From: Octopus bimaculoides
Lineage: Eukaryota
Length of the DNA stretch: 64,000 nt
Direction of reading: 5' to 3'
NCBI RefSeq assembly: GCF_001194135.2
Contig: NC_068998.1
Coordinates: 36,289,623 to 36,353,622, forward strand
The translations under genes were made by a program, and so were the position numbers. Below, in pieces: positions 39,370 to 51,736 of this stretch; the first letter of the stretch is position 1; each line of letters begins with the position of its first letter. The notes beneath the pieces are model-generated. The model was given only the letters and a program-made list of their open reading frames with translations, was not told where the DNA came from and did no database searches.

Positions 39370-39990
39370 AGAGTAAAATTTGACCAGCCACCTACTTGGT
39401 AGCAAGGTTGTACAGGAAAGTTTCTTGTTTTAACTATCATCCTATAAATCTTCAGAAGATTTTCAAATTTTTATAGGCCCCGATATCGTGATCATTTGTG
39501 TATGAATTAAGGATTTGCGATTTCTTTCCAAGAAACCAAGCTCAGCAATACTTTATTCCAGATGGGTTAGTATGTATCCTGTTGCCCCAATAATAATGTG
39601 TATGAAACTCAGTGTCCTGGATTTGAAAATTCCTTATCAATGGTCCATAGATGTCCTCTTTCTCTTGCATCTTTCTAACCACATTGGAGTCGAGAGGGCA
39701 GCTGATCTCCACAACAGAACATATCTTTCCCTTTTAGTTCCACACAACAATATCTGGCCGGTTGTGTTATAACTTGGTAGTTGTTTTAGCTTTAAGTTCC
39801 ATCAAAATTCTTTTGACTGATCGATCTCAGTATAGTCAACTTCGTGTGCAGTCATTTTCTTTTTATTATCCTGTTCCAGACAGTTCTGGCAACCGCATCA
39901 TGTCTCATTGCAAGATAATACCTGGAAGACATTCTTCCAGGTTTAGTGCTATATCGATTGACGAGACTGGAAAATTCTGCATGTGTATCT
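39370..39990 (-). mobile_element. R4-like RLE LINE 3' part, decayed
   Basis: MSSRYYLAMRHDAVAR, HNRPDIVVWN, VVEISCPLD, IIIGATGY. Confidence 0.85.
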
Positions 39991-40029
39991 GCACTACTTT
40001 AACCACTGAGCCATAAGCCTTCACAGTAG

Positions 40030-40267
40030 GTACAACACATGTACATATATATGCGCATGCCTGCTATTACTTTTGTAGGAGTGTACGTTTTGATTTATGT
40101 ATGACAGCATCTATACATGTTTGTATGTCTAGACGTTTGTATTATGTTACTGTAGACTGAACTTCAGGAAAGTATTACGAGTTTTCACGTGAAATTAGCC
40201 GTGTCCTTAACCATGTTCTTCCTGGTTTTGTGAACTTCATATTCTCGTGTTTGCAGCTGAGGCATTT

Positions 40268-40270
<3 letters not shown>
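40030..40270 (-). mobile_element. R4-like LINE extreme 3' end
   Basis: KCLSCK..VKTRNTFLKFSLQ* plus UTR; highly similar to 40691-40929. Confidence 0.7.
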
Positions 40271-40316
<46 letters not shown>

Positions 40317-40319
40317 CGT

Positions 40320-40540
40320 GTGTGCATGCGCACGCGTGAGTCTTTGTGCTTGTCCCCCACACCACTTGATGACCTGCTGTTGGCTTGTTTATGCCTCCGT
40401 ATTCAGTGGTTCGGGTAAAGAGACTGATAGAATAAGTATCAGACTTTAAAAAAAAGGTCCCAGTATCAGTTTGTCTGAATAAACCTTTCAGGGTGGTGCC
40501 CCAGCATAGACATGAGTGAAACAAATAAAAGATAAAAAAC
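40320..40540 (+). mobile_element. SINE S1 3' half
   Basis: ttgtcccccacaccacttg...gatagaataagta...aataaaagataaaa. Confidence 0.85.
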
Positions 40541-40689
40541 AAAAGTTAAGACATTTCGTCGACATAATTAAGTACACCTTTATATGCAAGTTTCGCTGAT
40601 TTTAGTTTTAAAATTATTTATGAATTAAGAATTGGTCGGTTTCCAATGGAGAAGGAAAGTTCTTTCATTACAGTTTAGCTGTCATCTAG

Positions 40690-41050
40690 TTGGTACAACA
40701 CATGTACATATATGCGCATGCCTGCTATTGCATGTGTAGGAGTGTATGTTTTGATTTATGTATGAAAGCATATACATATGTTTGTATGTCTAGACGATTG
40801 TGTTATGTTAGTGTAGGCTTAACTTCAGCGACGTATTACAAGTTTTCACATGAAATTAGCCGTGTCCTTAACCATGTTCTTCCTGGTTTTGTGAACTTCA
40901 TATTGTCGTGTTTGGCGCTGAGGCATTTAGTTAGAAAACCAAATGCCCCAATAATCACAGGCACAGAGTCACAAATTTTAATTTATATGCCGGATGAAAC
41001 ATCTACAAAATTATAATCCGGATGAAGCATCTACAGAGTTCTTACTTGTT
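40690..41050 (-). mobile_element. R4-like LINE extreme 3' end
   Basis: MLHPDYNF..PVIIGAFGFLTKCLS..VKTCNTSLKL. Confidence 0.7.
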
Positions 41051-41329
41051 CATCAGAAATGCTTTCTTTGTCTTTTATGTTCAATATTATGTTAACATCC
41101 GTAGAAAAGTTTACTTCTATGTGTTTTTTTTATCTTTTCTCCACCGTAGATCAATATATATGGGTGTGTTATCCTTAATTTTTATAAAGGTTTCCATAGG
41201 AATATTCCGCCAGTATTCTTATATTTTAAGCTTATCCTTCACTTGGATATCATTGCATATGTGGATCTGTATGTTCTATTTGCATGTCCATGCTTGTGTA
41301 GATGCAATTTTATCATTTACCGTTTATTT

Positions 41330-41655
41330 GTTTTAGTCATTGCACTACGGACTTGCTGGGCCTCCACCTCGAAGGATCTAGTCGAGTATACCTGCTTATT
41401 TTTAAGTTTGGTACTTATTCTATCGGTCCGTTACGCCGCTAAATTTCTGGTAAGTAAACAATTCAATATCGGTTGCCTAGCGGTGAGGGAGGGGCAAACA
41501 TAAAGATACACGCGCGCGCATTAATCTAATTCACTCAGAAGACAATGATCACCCTGGGCTATAGTAGAAGACACATATTCAAGGTACTGCGCAGTAGATC
41601 TGAACTCGAAACTACATGGTCACCAAATAAGCTTTTTAATTGCACGGTCATGCCT
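41330..41655 (-). mobile_element. SINE S1, diverged
   Basis: Family consensus. Confidence 0.8.
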
Positions 41656-42393
41656 AAATTCCTTAAATTTCTACATATTTTGACTGTGTATCCGATGTTT
41701 TATTACTGTTATCTCTTGATTAGGTGTGTCCTTCTCGGTTTAATGAAACCCAGCTTCTCAGTGGCAGTACTGAAGCAGTCACATCTCCATATGTTCTAAC
41801 AGGGAAAAATCTAAAGCCATAGGATGCATAGAGCAACAGCAGATTTTTCATCAGTTCTGTATAGATGTTTTCTTTTGTTCCAGATCATTTTGTCTAGTAT
41901 GTTATGCTTCCATTTTATGGAAGTTTTGACAGGAATACTACACCAGTATTATTTCATGTGTTAGAAATAATATCCTGGTTGTTAGTCCAAGATAGATTAG
42001 GCTGGTTATCAATGTAGTTGTCACTTTGAAGCTTTCTTAAAATATAGCTATGCCTAACTTTTGCTGATATGTATATATAATGACCGGTTGCGGTAGATTT
42101 GTGCGACCTCTTTTGATGTATATCCCTGGTTATCAGCCAAGCAATACTTTTGAGGAAGGTTCCTTTCCTTCAAGAAAAAAAAAAAAACAAAAAAAAAACA
42201 ACAGAAAATGGAATATATCGTTATCAATTTTGAAAAGAATTTAGATTTGATAATTTTTAAAATTTCGAGTTATTTCGTGCTGAAGAGTTCAGAAAGAGAA
42301 CGAAATGAGACAATTCACAGCAACCAGAGACATAAAGGTCTATATCTCATGAAAAATAAAAGATTTTATCAGTGAAATAATCAGGCCATTTGA

Positions 42394-42460
<67 letters not shown>

Positions 42461-42734
42461 GTATATATGTATGTGTCTGTACGAGTGTGCATGCGTATAT
42501 GTAAATATGTATGGCTGCCTACATGATTACATACACTGGTATAGGCATATTGAACTGTGTATGTGTGTATATTTATTTATATATGTCCAAATGTATGGAT
42601 AAGCATATATGCAGTATGTATGTTTACATGTATGCGACATGCTGTACTGTACTGCTCAGCATTCGCGCCTGAAGATCCAATACGAACATTTCAGAGTGTT
42701 TGCGTATCAATCTGAGTACATGTACCGAGAGAGA

Positions 42735-43347
42735 TAAAATTCAACCGTGCAGTCAACATCATGGTGTTTGGAGTGATTACTAGTGATGGCGACGTTATGC
42801 CTCCATTCATCTTCCTACACGACCTCACACACAACAAAGAGGCCTACATCGAGTGCCTGGAGGAGATAGTGCTGGCCTAAGTCAAGACAGTGGCTGCTGG
42901 AAGATCCTATGTCTGGCAACAGGACTCTGCACCATGCCACACAAGCAGGAGAACCCAGTCGTGGCTCTCAGACAATTTCTGTGACCACATCATCCCTAAC
43001 ATCTGGTCACCTGACGTCCCAGATTGAAACTCCCTTGATTATTATGTGTGGGGCGAGTTGAGCGTGAGACCAACAAAACCCCTTGTTACACAAAAGATGA
43101 ACTGAAGGTAAGGATTATGACAGCATTCACCAACTTAAGCAAGGAGACCATCCAGAAGAGTTGCAGGAGATTCCGAAATCGTCTGGAGGCTGTGGTTGAT
43201 ACCAATGGCGACTTTATTGGATAAATTTACTCTTTAGTATTTCAAGATATTTTCGCGTAACTTTGGTACATATATCTGTTAAAAAGAGATGTGAGTGATA
43301 TTTTCCTTTTTTCGTAAATTAGACGACAGTTTATTCGCCGCCCTCTG
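42735..43347 (+). mobile_element. 3' half of a DD37D (maT) Tc1/mariner transposon with right terminus
   Basis: IMVFGVITSDG, YVWQQDSAPCH, W.PDVPD*NSLDYYVWG. There are 37 residues between D (42923) and D (43037). Stop at 43224; end ...gccgccctctg|TA. Confidence 0.88.
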
Positions 43348-43350
43348 TAA

Positions 43351-43385
<35 letters not shown>

Positions 43386-43735
43386 NNNNNNNNNNNNNNN
43401 NNNNNNNNNNNNNNNNNNNNNNNNNNNNNNNNNNNNNNNNNNNNNNNNNNNNNNNNNNNNNNNNNNNNNNNNNNNNNNNNNNNNNNNNNNNNNNNNNNNN
43501 NNNNNNNNNNNNNNNNNNNNNNNNNNNNNNNNNNNNNNNNNNNNNNNNNNNNNNNNNNNNNNNNNNNNNNNNNNNNNNNNNNNNNNNNNNNNNNNNNNNN
43601 NNNNNNNNNNNNNNNNNNNNNNNNNNNNNNNNNNNNNNNNNNNNNNNNNNNNNNNNNNNNNNNNNNNNNNNNNNNNNNNNNNNNNNNNNNNNNNNNNNNN
43701 NNNNNNNNNNNNNNNNNNNNNNNNNNNNNNNNNNN

Positions 43736-43794
<59 letters not shown>

Positions 43795-44028
43795 ACATTA
43801 TATTTTACGATATTTTATATGAATAATATATTCATTGAAGAAATATCTCTTCAAAATATGATATATTAAGCCTTTGTATCTTGGATGAATATCCCTATAA
43901 GAGGTTTAAATATCCTCATTGTGACTATATAAAACAGTTAAGTTGTCAGTCACGGAGTAAAAACATAATTGAACAGGTCCATTTTCACACCAAGCCACAA
44001 TTTTTTGCTTGCGTGTGTGCATGTGTAG

Positions 44029-44065
<37 letters not shown>

Positions 44066-44720
44066 ATGTGTTGCATGTGTGTGTGCGTGCGTGTGCGTAT
44101 GTATATCTACATCTAAATATCTGTCTGCATACACTTACGTACATCCACATTTATTTTTCTATATATCTATATCGGGTATGTATATGCGCGCGTCTGCTAC
44201 TGCGTATGTACAATTACACACATACAATTACATTACATAAACATCCAAGTCTTCTTATATGTTATACTTACTCAGCCCTGCTCTGTTTGTCTGTCTGTTT
44301 GTCGAAGGAGTCTTTGGTGGATGTAATATGAATTAAACGAGAGACTCTTTCGCTTCCGGCGGCATATGTTTTGTTATAGGACGCAAGTCTTGTTAAAAGT
44401 CCTTCTACACAGCAGTGTCGAAGATAATGAGACTAAGAGAAAAAAAATATTCCATAAGTAACACACGTTTGATGCTTTGGTTTCATACACCGATGAAGAT
44501 GTCTTAGCGTGGTGCCACCATTCAGCCATCTGCTTCTCACCTGACGATGTTCCGGGCCATTTCGTTTCCTACTCGTTTTCTCTATTATTTCAGCTTACAC
44601 GTGCAGATTAATGGATTTCACACTCGACGGGCAGTCACACGCAATCACACTCACGCGCGCACACACAAGCATGCAAACACACACTCAAGAAAGCATGTGT
44701 AAGAAAGTTAGTGTCCTTCA

Positions 44721-44757
<37 letters not shown>

Positions 44758-45186
44758 NNNNNNNNNNNNNNNNNNNNNNNNNNNNNNNNNNNNNNNNNNN
44801 NNNNNNNNNNNNNNNNNNNNNNNNNNNNNNNNNNNNNNNNNNNNNNNNNNNNNNNNNNNNNNNNNNNNNNNNNNNNNNNNNNNNNNNNNNNNNNNNNNNN
44901 NNNNNNNNNNNNNNNNNNNNNNNNNNNNNNNNNNNNNNNNNNNNNNNNNNNNNNNNNNNNNNNNNNNNNNNNNNNNNNNNNNNNNNNNNNNNNNNNNNNN
45001 NNNNNNNNNNNNNNNNNNNNNNNNNNNNNNNNNNNNNNNNNNNNNNNNNNNNNNNNNNNNNNNNNNNNNNNNNNNNNNNNNNNNNNNNNNNNNNNNNNNN
45101 NNNNNNNNNNNNNNNNNNNNNNNNNNNNNNNNNNNNNNNNNNNNNNNNNNNNNNNNNNNNNNNNNNNNNNNNNNNNNNNNNNNNNN

Positions 45187-45219
<33 letters not shown>

Positions 45220-45220
<1 letters not shown>

Positions 45221-45365
45221 GGCCTTTGGCTTAGTGGTGTTGCACTGATGTTCAGAAGATTATAGTTTCGATTCCTGGACCAGGCCATGCGTTATGTTTT
45301 TGCGTAAAACGCTTCATTGCACGTTGCTCAAGTCCACGGACCTGGCAAAACTGAGTAATCCGGCG
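45220..45365 (+). mobile_element. SINE S3 5' half
   Basis: tggcttagtgg...tttcgattcc...cacgttgctc...ctggcaaaa. Confidence 0.75.
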
Positions 45366-45777
45366 ATGTATGTGTATGTACTTGCCTGCCACTGATCAAT
45401 CGCCTCCAGCAAATCTTGTACATATATTCAACAATGTCTGCTGCTTCTTATACAATGTACAGGTTCCTATAGTAATGCCTACCGTCTATATACTAGTACA
45501 GTGTCCCATAAATCTCAGACATATTACGTTTCAGCAGATTCAAACGCAAACATGCTAGTTGTTGTTGTATACGTCAACGGGAACAACTCCCTTTTTCGAC
45601 GACAATAAGTTCGTAACGCTCGGCATGTTAAATCTTGTCAGGCCAAAGTAGCAGTACCATGGAATTTAAACAAGTCACTGGCTTTGCTTATAATTTAATC
45701 AAAAAGACTGTTTGATGCCCATTGCTTATATCTGCCAACCGATAAAACTATTGCTATTTGTACTGTGTAGGCGCGGG

Positions 45778-45829
45778 TAATTCTAGCTGACGAAACGCAA
45801 GATATCGAAACACCGGTGTCTCAGAATTA
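45778..45829 (+). ncRNA. Minimal type-I hammerhead ribozyme motif (stem II partly decayed)
   Basis: taattctag-CTGACGA-aacgcaagatatc-GAA-ACACCGGTGT-C/tcagaatta: intact core, palindromic stem III, GUC site, stem I. Confidence 0.6.
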
Positions 45830-46449
45830 ACAGCGCCAATGTTCCAAGTGTGTTTTTAACTCAGTGTTGTCGCAAAAGGGAGAATTTGTTGTTGGGTTGT
45901 GACGCATACAGCAGCGACAAGTATATTTGCATTTGATTTTGCCGAAATGCATTAAAGATAAATATGCAAATCAGCGTTTCAGATCTCACTGTACACATTA
46001 CAAATGGCGATTTTTCGTCTAATGCATTGTTCGGTAAACGCTCCCCAAAGAAACCTTTCTTCTCCTTAATCTTTTAGTATCTGTTCATTTAGTCTGTTTT
46101 TTTTTTATTACATTCATTAGCATCAAACATATCGATTCACATGTCAATGCGTTGTATTTTGAGGTCGTTCAACAGATTTGATTCCAACGCATTATTGTTC
46201 TGATAATGCGGTAATCTCACAGATTTCCGACTTCAAATTTAATGTTTGAACGTTAAGAATTTGAATGTTGAAATATATTTTAATATTATAAAATCTTGTA
46301 GACCGTAGTGTCTTTCAGTTCAACGAAGCTGTCTGCTAAAGAAAGTGCCCCTTGTCTTCCTGCGAGATGAGTGATGTGGTATGGCTCTGGAGAAAAGACC
46401 ATTTAGATTCTATCTGTTATCTGATAATGACAGGCAGTAACTGGCAGTA

Positions 46450-47188
46450 ACAAATCTTGAAAGTTGCAGTGTTCAGATGACTAAAATGTTTAATCCATGT
46501 CATTGTGGTTGACAGGTCGCTTTTCATTTGCCATCTGAAGTGACAAATGAAAACCGATTATTATTTTAGATTCTTGTTGGCTTTCTCTCTCCTAGTGTTT
46601 GCTCGAAGATTTTTTAGTGTCTCACTGTTCGCTTTTCACGGTAGAGCCACGTTCCAGAAAGTCAAGTGGAATGACGCACTTGTCACCTTCAAAACAGTCA
46701 CTATGGCACTCTGTACGATAAAGCTAGCTCTTGAACATTTCAGACCTTTGAAAGATACAATCACGTTTTGCTTCCAGCTGCTGAAAAACTCACTTTGAGC
46801 ACACTTTCTAATATCCCAAATCTTCCACCTTCTTATGTAACGCATTGTGATCGAAGTCTAGTTGTGCAGCAAGCTCACGGATTGTGATTTGTCTGTCCGT
46901 GTGAATCAATTCATCCACTCATTGGCGACTTGTATCAGCCGTTAATGGTATCATCTCAGTAAACAACCTGTAGCCTTCTGTAGATGTCGGATAGCTTGCC
47001 ATCTTTTTCGTCAAGAACTCAATGACGGCACGTTGCATTTGCTTGGAACTCATTATTTGCTTGCAATGAAGAACAAGAAGAGTTACTGTTTATGAAGAGT
47101 TACTCTGTCAACTTGAAAATTGAATGACCCATGTCGCTTAATAAAAAAAGTTATGTCCACTTTTGCATTATTTTCAGTTTAAGCCTCA
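46450..47188 (-). mobile_element. Internally deleted, decayed mariner with 5' TIR
   Basis: TA|tgaggcttaaactgaaaataatgca TIR; QRAVIEFLT, DIYRRLQVVY, IHTDRQITIRELA, VIPLDFLERGSTV. The low-coordinate boundary is approximate. Confidence 0.75.
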
Positions 47189-47231
47189 TATATGCATACA
47201 TGTAGGTACATGCATACATACATACATATAT

Positions 47232-47267
<36 letters not shown>

Positions 47268-47473
47268 NNNNNNNNNNNNNNNNNNNNNNNNNNNNNNNNN
47301 NNNNNNNNNNNNNNNNNNNNNNNNNNNNNNNNNNNNNNNNNNNNNNNNNNNNNNNTATATATATACATACATATATATATATATATACATACATAGGTAT
47401 GTATATAAGAATATACGCATGTATGTATCTATGTGTTTATGTATGTATGCATGTACCTACATGTATGCATATA

Positions 47474-47620
47474 TGAGGCTTGAACTGAAAATAATGCAAA
47501 AGTGGACATAACTTTTTTTATTAAGTGACATGGGTCATTCAATTTTCAAGATGAGGGAGTAACTCTTCTTAAACAGTAACTCTTCTTGTTCTTCATTGCA
47601 AGCAAATAATGAGTTTCAAA
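47474..47620 (+). mobile_element. Inverted second copy of the same mariner 5' end
   Basis: Reverse complement of 47045-47188 with several substitutions. Confidence 0.75.
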
Positions 47621-48296
47621 CAATCCGTAGAAGATATAAAAAAATAACTTTCAGGAATAATAGTGGTATATTGGCGCAGAAGGTTGTGAAATTTTCCCGT
47701 ATCGAAGTACGATATGCTGAGAAAAGTTAATTTTATAGTTCACAGTTAGCAACAGGAGTTGTATATGCAAATAAACATCTAAAAATTAGGGAATGGAGTA
47801 GGAATCGATCGAATCCCCAACGCGTTAACACGAGATCTCCCAAAGACAATGCAAACTTCATATAATCAAGATATTCTTGACCTGAAAAGTAGCTTGCGGT
47901 CTCCCCCTCTTTTGGATAATCTATTTCTTTCAGGGTTCCGCTACTTATGAAACATATGTAGCCTGGATTTTATCAACTCCACTCCCTAATTTTTGTGTAT
48001 ATATAGTTAGTGGATAACCCTTGGTTTGGGTAATTACTACTTCCGAAATTCTGCTACCTATGAAACATATGTAGCCTGGTTTTTATCTACTCCATTCTCT
48101 AATACAGACCAACTCAAGCGGCTAATCGTGAATTAAGAAATAACTTCTTTCGATTGGGAATAATTTACAACCTTCTACGGCAATAATCCAATATTGCTCC
48201 TGAAAGCTATTTTTTATACCTTCTACGGACTTGCTCGAAGCTTACTAACTTTCTGCACCTTGATCCTTGGATCGTTTCTTTACACACGCACAAACA

Positions 48297-48382
<86 letters not shown>

Positions 48383-48954
48383 CACACACACACAAATCAA
48401 CGTGATTTCACAATCTGCGAGAAATAGCAGTCAAATTATCTACAAAATTCACCCTTAAAAAGGTATCCTTAAAACAGGATGCATTGGATAACATGGCTTT
48501 GATAATGTCTGCTCGACAAGGAACGATAACAACAATAACAAATATAAACACTTCATGTCAAGTGGAATACAACTGACATATGCATCTATTAGACTTCTGT
48601 GATAGTACTCCCACCAATGTATAAGAACGACCAAAAGAAAGAATGAATTAAATAATAAAATATGGGAGTGGGGGCGGGGTAGAAGATGGAGTTGCGTAAG
48701 AAGAGGGAACTGGACAAATAAAAATGAACACAAAAATAATTAACTAGAGATGACGTAAAAGAATGAGACGAGAAAAACATAAAAATAAAAAATAAAAGTA
48801 AAATGAATATAAGATGAAATAAAAGTAACAAAAATAAGAGAAGCAAAAATGTCACATCCTGTTAAACCGATTTGTTACTGTTGATGTTATTGGCTCACGC
48901 TAGTCAACCCCCGTTGGGCAAACCTACGGTTAAATGTGTTGTAGCTATTAGCTT

Positions 48955-49176
48955 TTTCTGCAAATACTTGATGACAGCACGCTGCCAAATTTTGTCCATT
49001 TTCAAGAGAAGTCGCTACCAGTTACTTTTGAAGTATTTGAACAGTCAGATGTCAGTTTACCTGAAAAGAAACAATGCAATTATCAATAAGGAGAGTTGAA
49101 ATTAATGCATACAAGATTTCTCTGCTCTAACATTACTCCTTTATAGTCATCCTCTGAACTTTTCAGCCTACCCTCG
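48955..49176 (-). mobile_element. Mariner 5' end (TIR, 5' UTR, start of the transposase)
   Basis: TA|cgagggtaggctgaaaagttca TIR and ATG MDKIWQRAVIKYLQKK. Confidence 0.8.
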
Positions 49177-49559
49177 TAGTTCGCAATTAGGACACGAGGT
49201 GCTTTGTAAAGACATTTATTTTTTGAAAAATGTATCGTATATACCAACATTACATTACATTACAAAATTCCATTACAGTTTTTTAACAGTAGAATGTACA
49301 AGATGTATTCTAGTTGAAAGAAGCACAAAACTTTAATCCAGTCATCCTCAACAGTGATCCAGTTGATTCTTGAGTCACCATACAAGATTTTGTCGCTGAA
49401 ATTTATGTGCAATAAATTGGTTGTTTTTACAATACACAAAATGTTTTAATAGTTTTTTTTTAATACTATTCCTTTTGATATTTAATTATTAAAATGAAAT
49501 AGGATTTTTTAAACATCGAATTGCTATGAGCGTTCATCTCAGTAAAATAGGAACCAAAA

Positions 49560-50139
49560 GAATCCATGAGGATGAATTGGTTGCAAACTACTGCTTTAAT
49601 CTCAAAGTATGATCCTCGGATTTCAGCACATTTGTAGCACCCCAACCTCTTCGTGAACCACCAAAATGAAGGTGTCCAAGACCTTTGTCACAGCATCTTT
49701 CATCTTCAAAACGACTTCCCCTAAAGTTCTTGTTCTCCATGTGACTTTTAGTTGAGGAACAAAAGCCAATTCTGATGTTCTGACGTCTATCTCCCTCCAA
49801 CACTTCTCAACGTATCTCACCTCTCTGTCTTTGAACCTCTTGTGCCAATGAAAAAGCTAATCTATAAGCAGTGTAGAATATGCCATAAGTTTTTGTACCT
49901 TTTTTTGTGCTCTATTTAACACAAAGCTTTATTGCATAGCGAGCTTCCAAACGTCCTGACAGCATTCTGTTTAGTAGGTTGTGTTCAAAATCCTGCTACA
50001 ACCGTCAACTTCAACCAAGACTAACAAAAGCTATCTGGTCAGCTAAGATGTAGAGTAATGATATACTATAATTACAATAATCTACGATAATCTGCCTCTC
50101 CTAAAAAAAAAAGTCTCAAAATTTCTGAAATGCACCACG
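49560..50139 (-). mobile_element. Internally deleted mariner derivative
   Basis: TA|cgtggtgcatttcagaaa TIR; LEARYAIKLCVK..WHKRFKD..DVRTSEL fused to the C-terminal MKDAVTKVLDT..GSYFE. Confidence 0.75.
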
Positions 50140-50559
50140 TAATTAAAGTAGATTTAACTGCTATTTTTGGCACAGCAATTAACCTCCACCTACACAGTTG
50201 GTTCGCTTCATTACGTTACTTAGTGCAGCACTAATATAATTGCTCTATCTATTGCCGTATATTATTACACTGACACGTAGTTATTTATGGCCGTGGTTTC
50301 GATTCCAGCAATTAGTAATCAACGTTAATTACATTGAATTGAGATGAAAAATAGAGTATACCACCACCACCACCATTAAGCATCATTACTAACATCGCAG
50401 CCAGCATAATCAGAACACAACGACGACGACGACGACGACCTTCACCACCACCTTTAACACAAAAATAACTAACACCACTAATTACCATCACCACACCACA
50501 ACATGACCAGACACAGCAGCACCACCACCATTAACAAAATCAGCACTTACAACACCACC

Positions 50560-51030
50560 ACCTCCTCTTTCTTCTCCTCCTCCTCCTCCTCTCTTCCTCC
50601 TACTCCTTCTCTTCCTCCTCACTCCTCCTCTTCCTTTTCATCTTCTTCTTCTTCCTCCTTTTTCTTTTCATGTTCCACTTTCTTCTTCTTCTTCTTCGTC
50701 TCCTCTTCCTCCTCCTCTCCCCTCTCCTCCTCTTCCTTTTCCTCCTCTTCCTTTTCCTCCTCTTCCTTTTCCTCCTCTTCCTTTTCCTCCTCTTCCTTTT
50801 CCTCCTCTTCCTTTTCCTCCTCTTCCTTTTCCTCCTCTTCTTCCACCTTCTCCTTTTCATGTTCCACTTTCTTGTTGTTGTTGTTGTTGTTGTTGTTGTT
50901 CTTCTTCTTCTTCTTCTTCTTCTTCTTCTTCTTCTTCTTCTTCTTCTTGTTCTTGTTCTTCTTCTTCTTCTTCTTCTTCTTCTTCTTCTTCTTCTTCTTC
51001 TTCTTCTTCTTCTTCTTCTTCTTCTTCTCC
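50560..51030. repeat. Compound pyrimidine tract: (TCC)n, 15-mer tcctcttccttttcc repeats, (TTG)n, (TTC)n
   Basis: Direct. Confidence 0.95.
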
Positions 51031-51169
51031 TCCTCGTTCCAATTCCTCTTTTCCTTTTCTCTTCCCCCCTGTTCTTCGTCTTCCGCCATTGTTGCGATAG
51101 TTGTAGTGATGAAAAGAACATCCTCAGTCGTTTGGATGCAGGTGTGGCTTATAGGCCCAGTTGTGGGTC

Positions 51170-51736
51170 TGAAATAAGAACTTTGCTTCCCAATCATATT
51201 ATTCCGTGTTCAGTCCCACTGCGTTGCACCTTGGGCAAGTGTCTTTTACTATAGCCACGGGTTGACCTAAGCCTTGTGAGTGGATCTGGTAGACGGAAAC
51301 CGAAAGAAACCCATCGCATATGTGCGTGCGTGCGCGGAAGTGTGTGTGTGCATGTGTGTGTGTGTGCATATGTGTGTGTGTGCATATGTGTGTGTGTGCA
51401 TGTGTGTGTGCATATGTGTGTGTGCGTGCGTGCGCGGGTGTGTGTGTGCATATGTGTGTGCGTGCGTGCGCGGGTGTGTATGTGTACATATGTGTTTGTA
51501 TGTACGTATACGTATGTATGTGTGTGTATGTGTATCTTTGGGTTTGTACTCTGTCCCACACCACTGCTTGACAACCTGTGTTGGTTCGTTTACGTCGCCG
51601 TAACATTAGCGGCTTGAGAAAAGAGACCGAGAGAATAAGTACCAGGTTTAAAAAGACTTACGTACTATTTCGGCTAAATCCTTCAACGTGGTGCCCCAGC
51701 ATGGCCACAGTTCAACGACTGAAGCAGGTAAAAGAA
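51170..51736 (+). mobile_element. SINE S1 with an expanded internal TG tract
   Basis: Family consensus on either side of about 220 nt of TG/TGCA repeats. Confidence 0.9.

Noticed and set aside
33770-39520. Apparent pair of paralogous plus-strand exons (ttttag AGTAAAA...)
   Set aside because: The reverse strand shows they are 3' ends of an R4-like LINE.
40030-40930. 240-bp direct duplication as a segmental duplication or LTR pair
   Set aside because: Both copies are LINE 3' ends with the RLE C-terminus on the minus strand.
43881-43990. C2H2-like peptide KRFKYPHCDY...IEQVH
   Set aside because: First Cys and first His are missing and the spacing is wrong; no splice support.
50503-51254. 170-220 aa poly-E/K/R/S/F ORFs on both strands
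   Set aside because: Stop-free because they are compound trinucleotide and 15-mer repeats.
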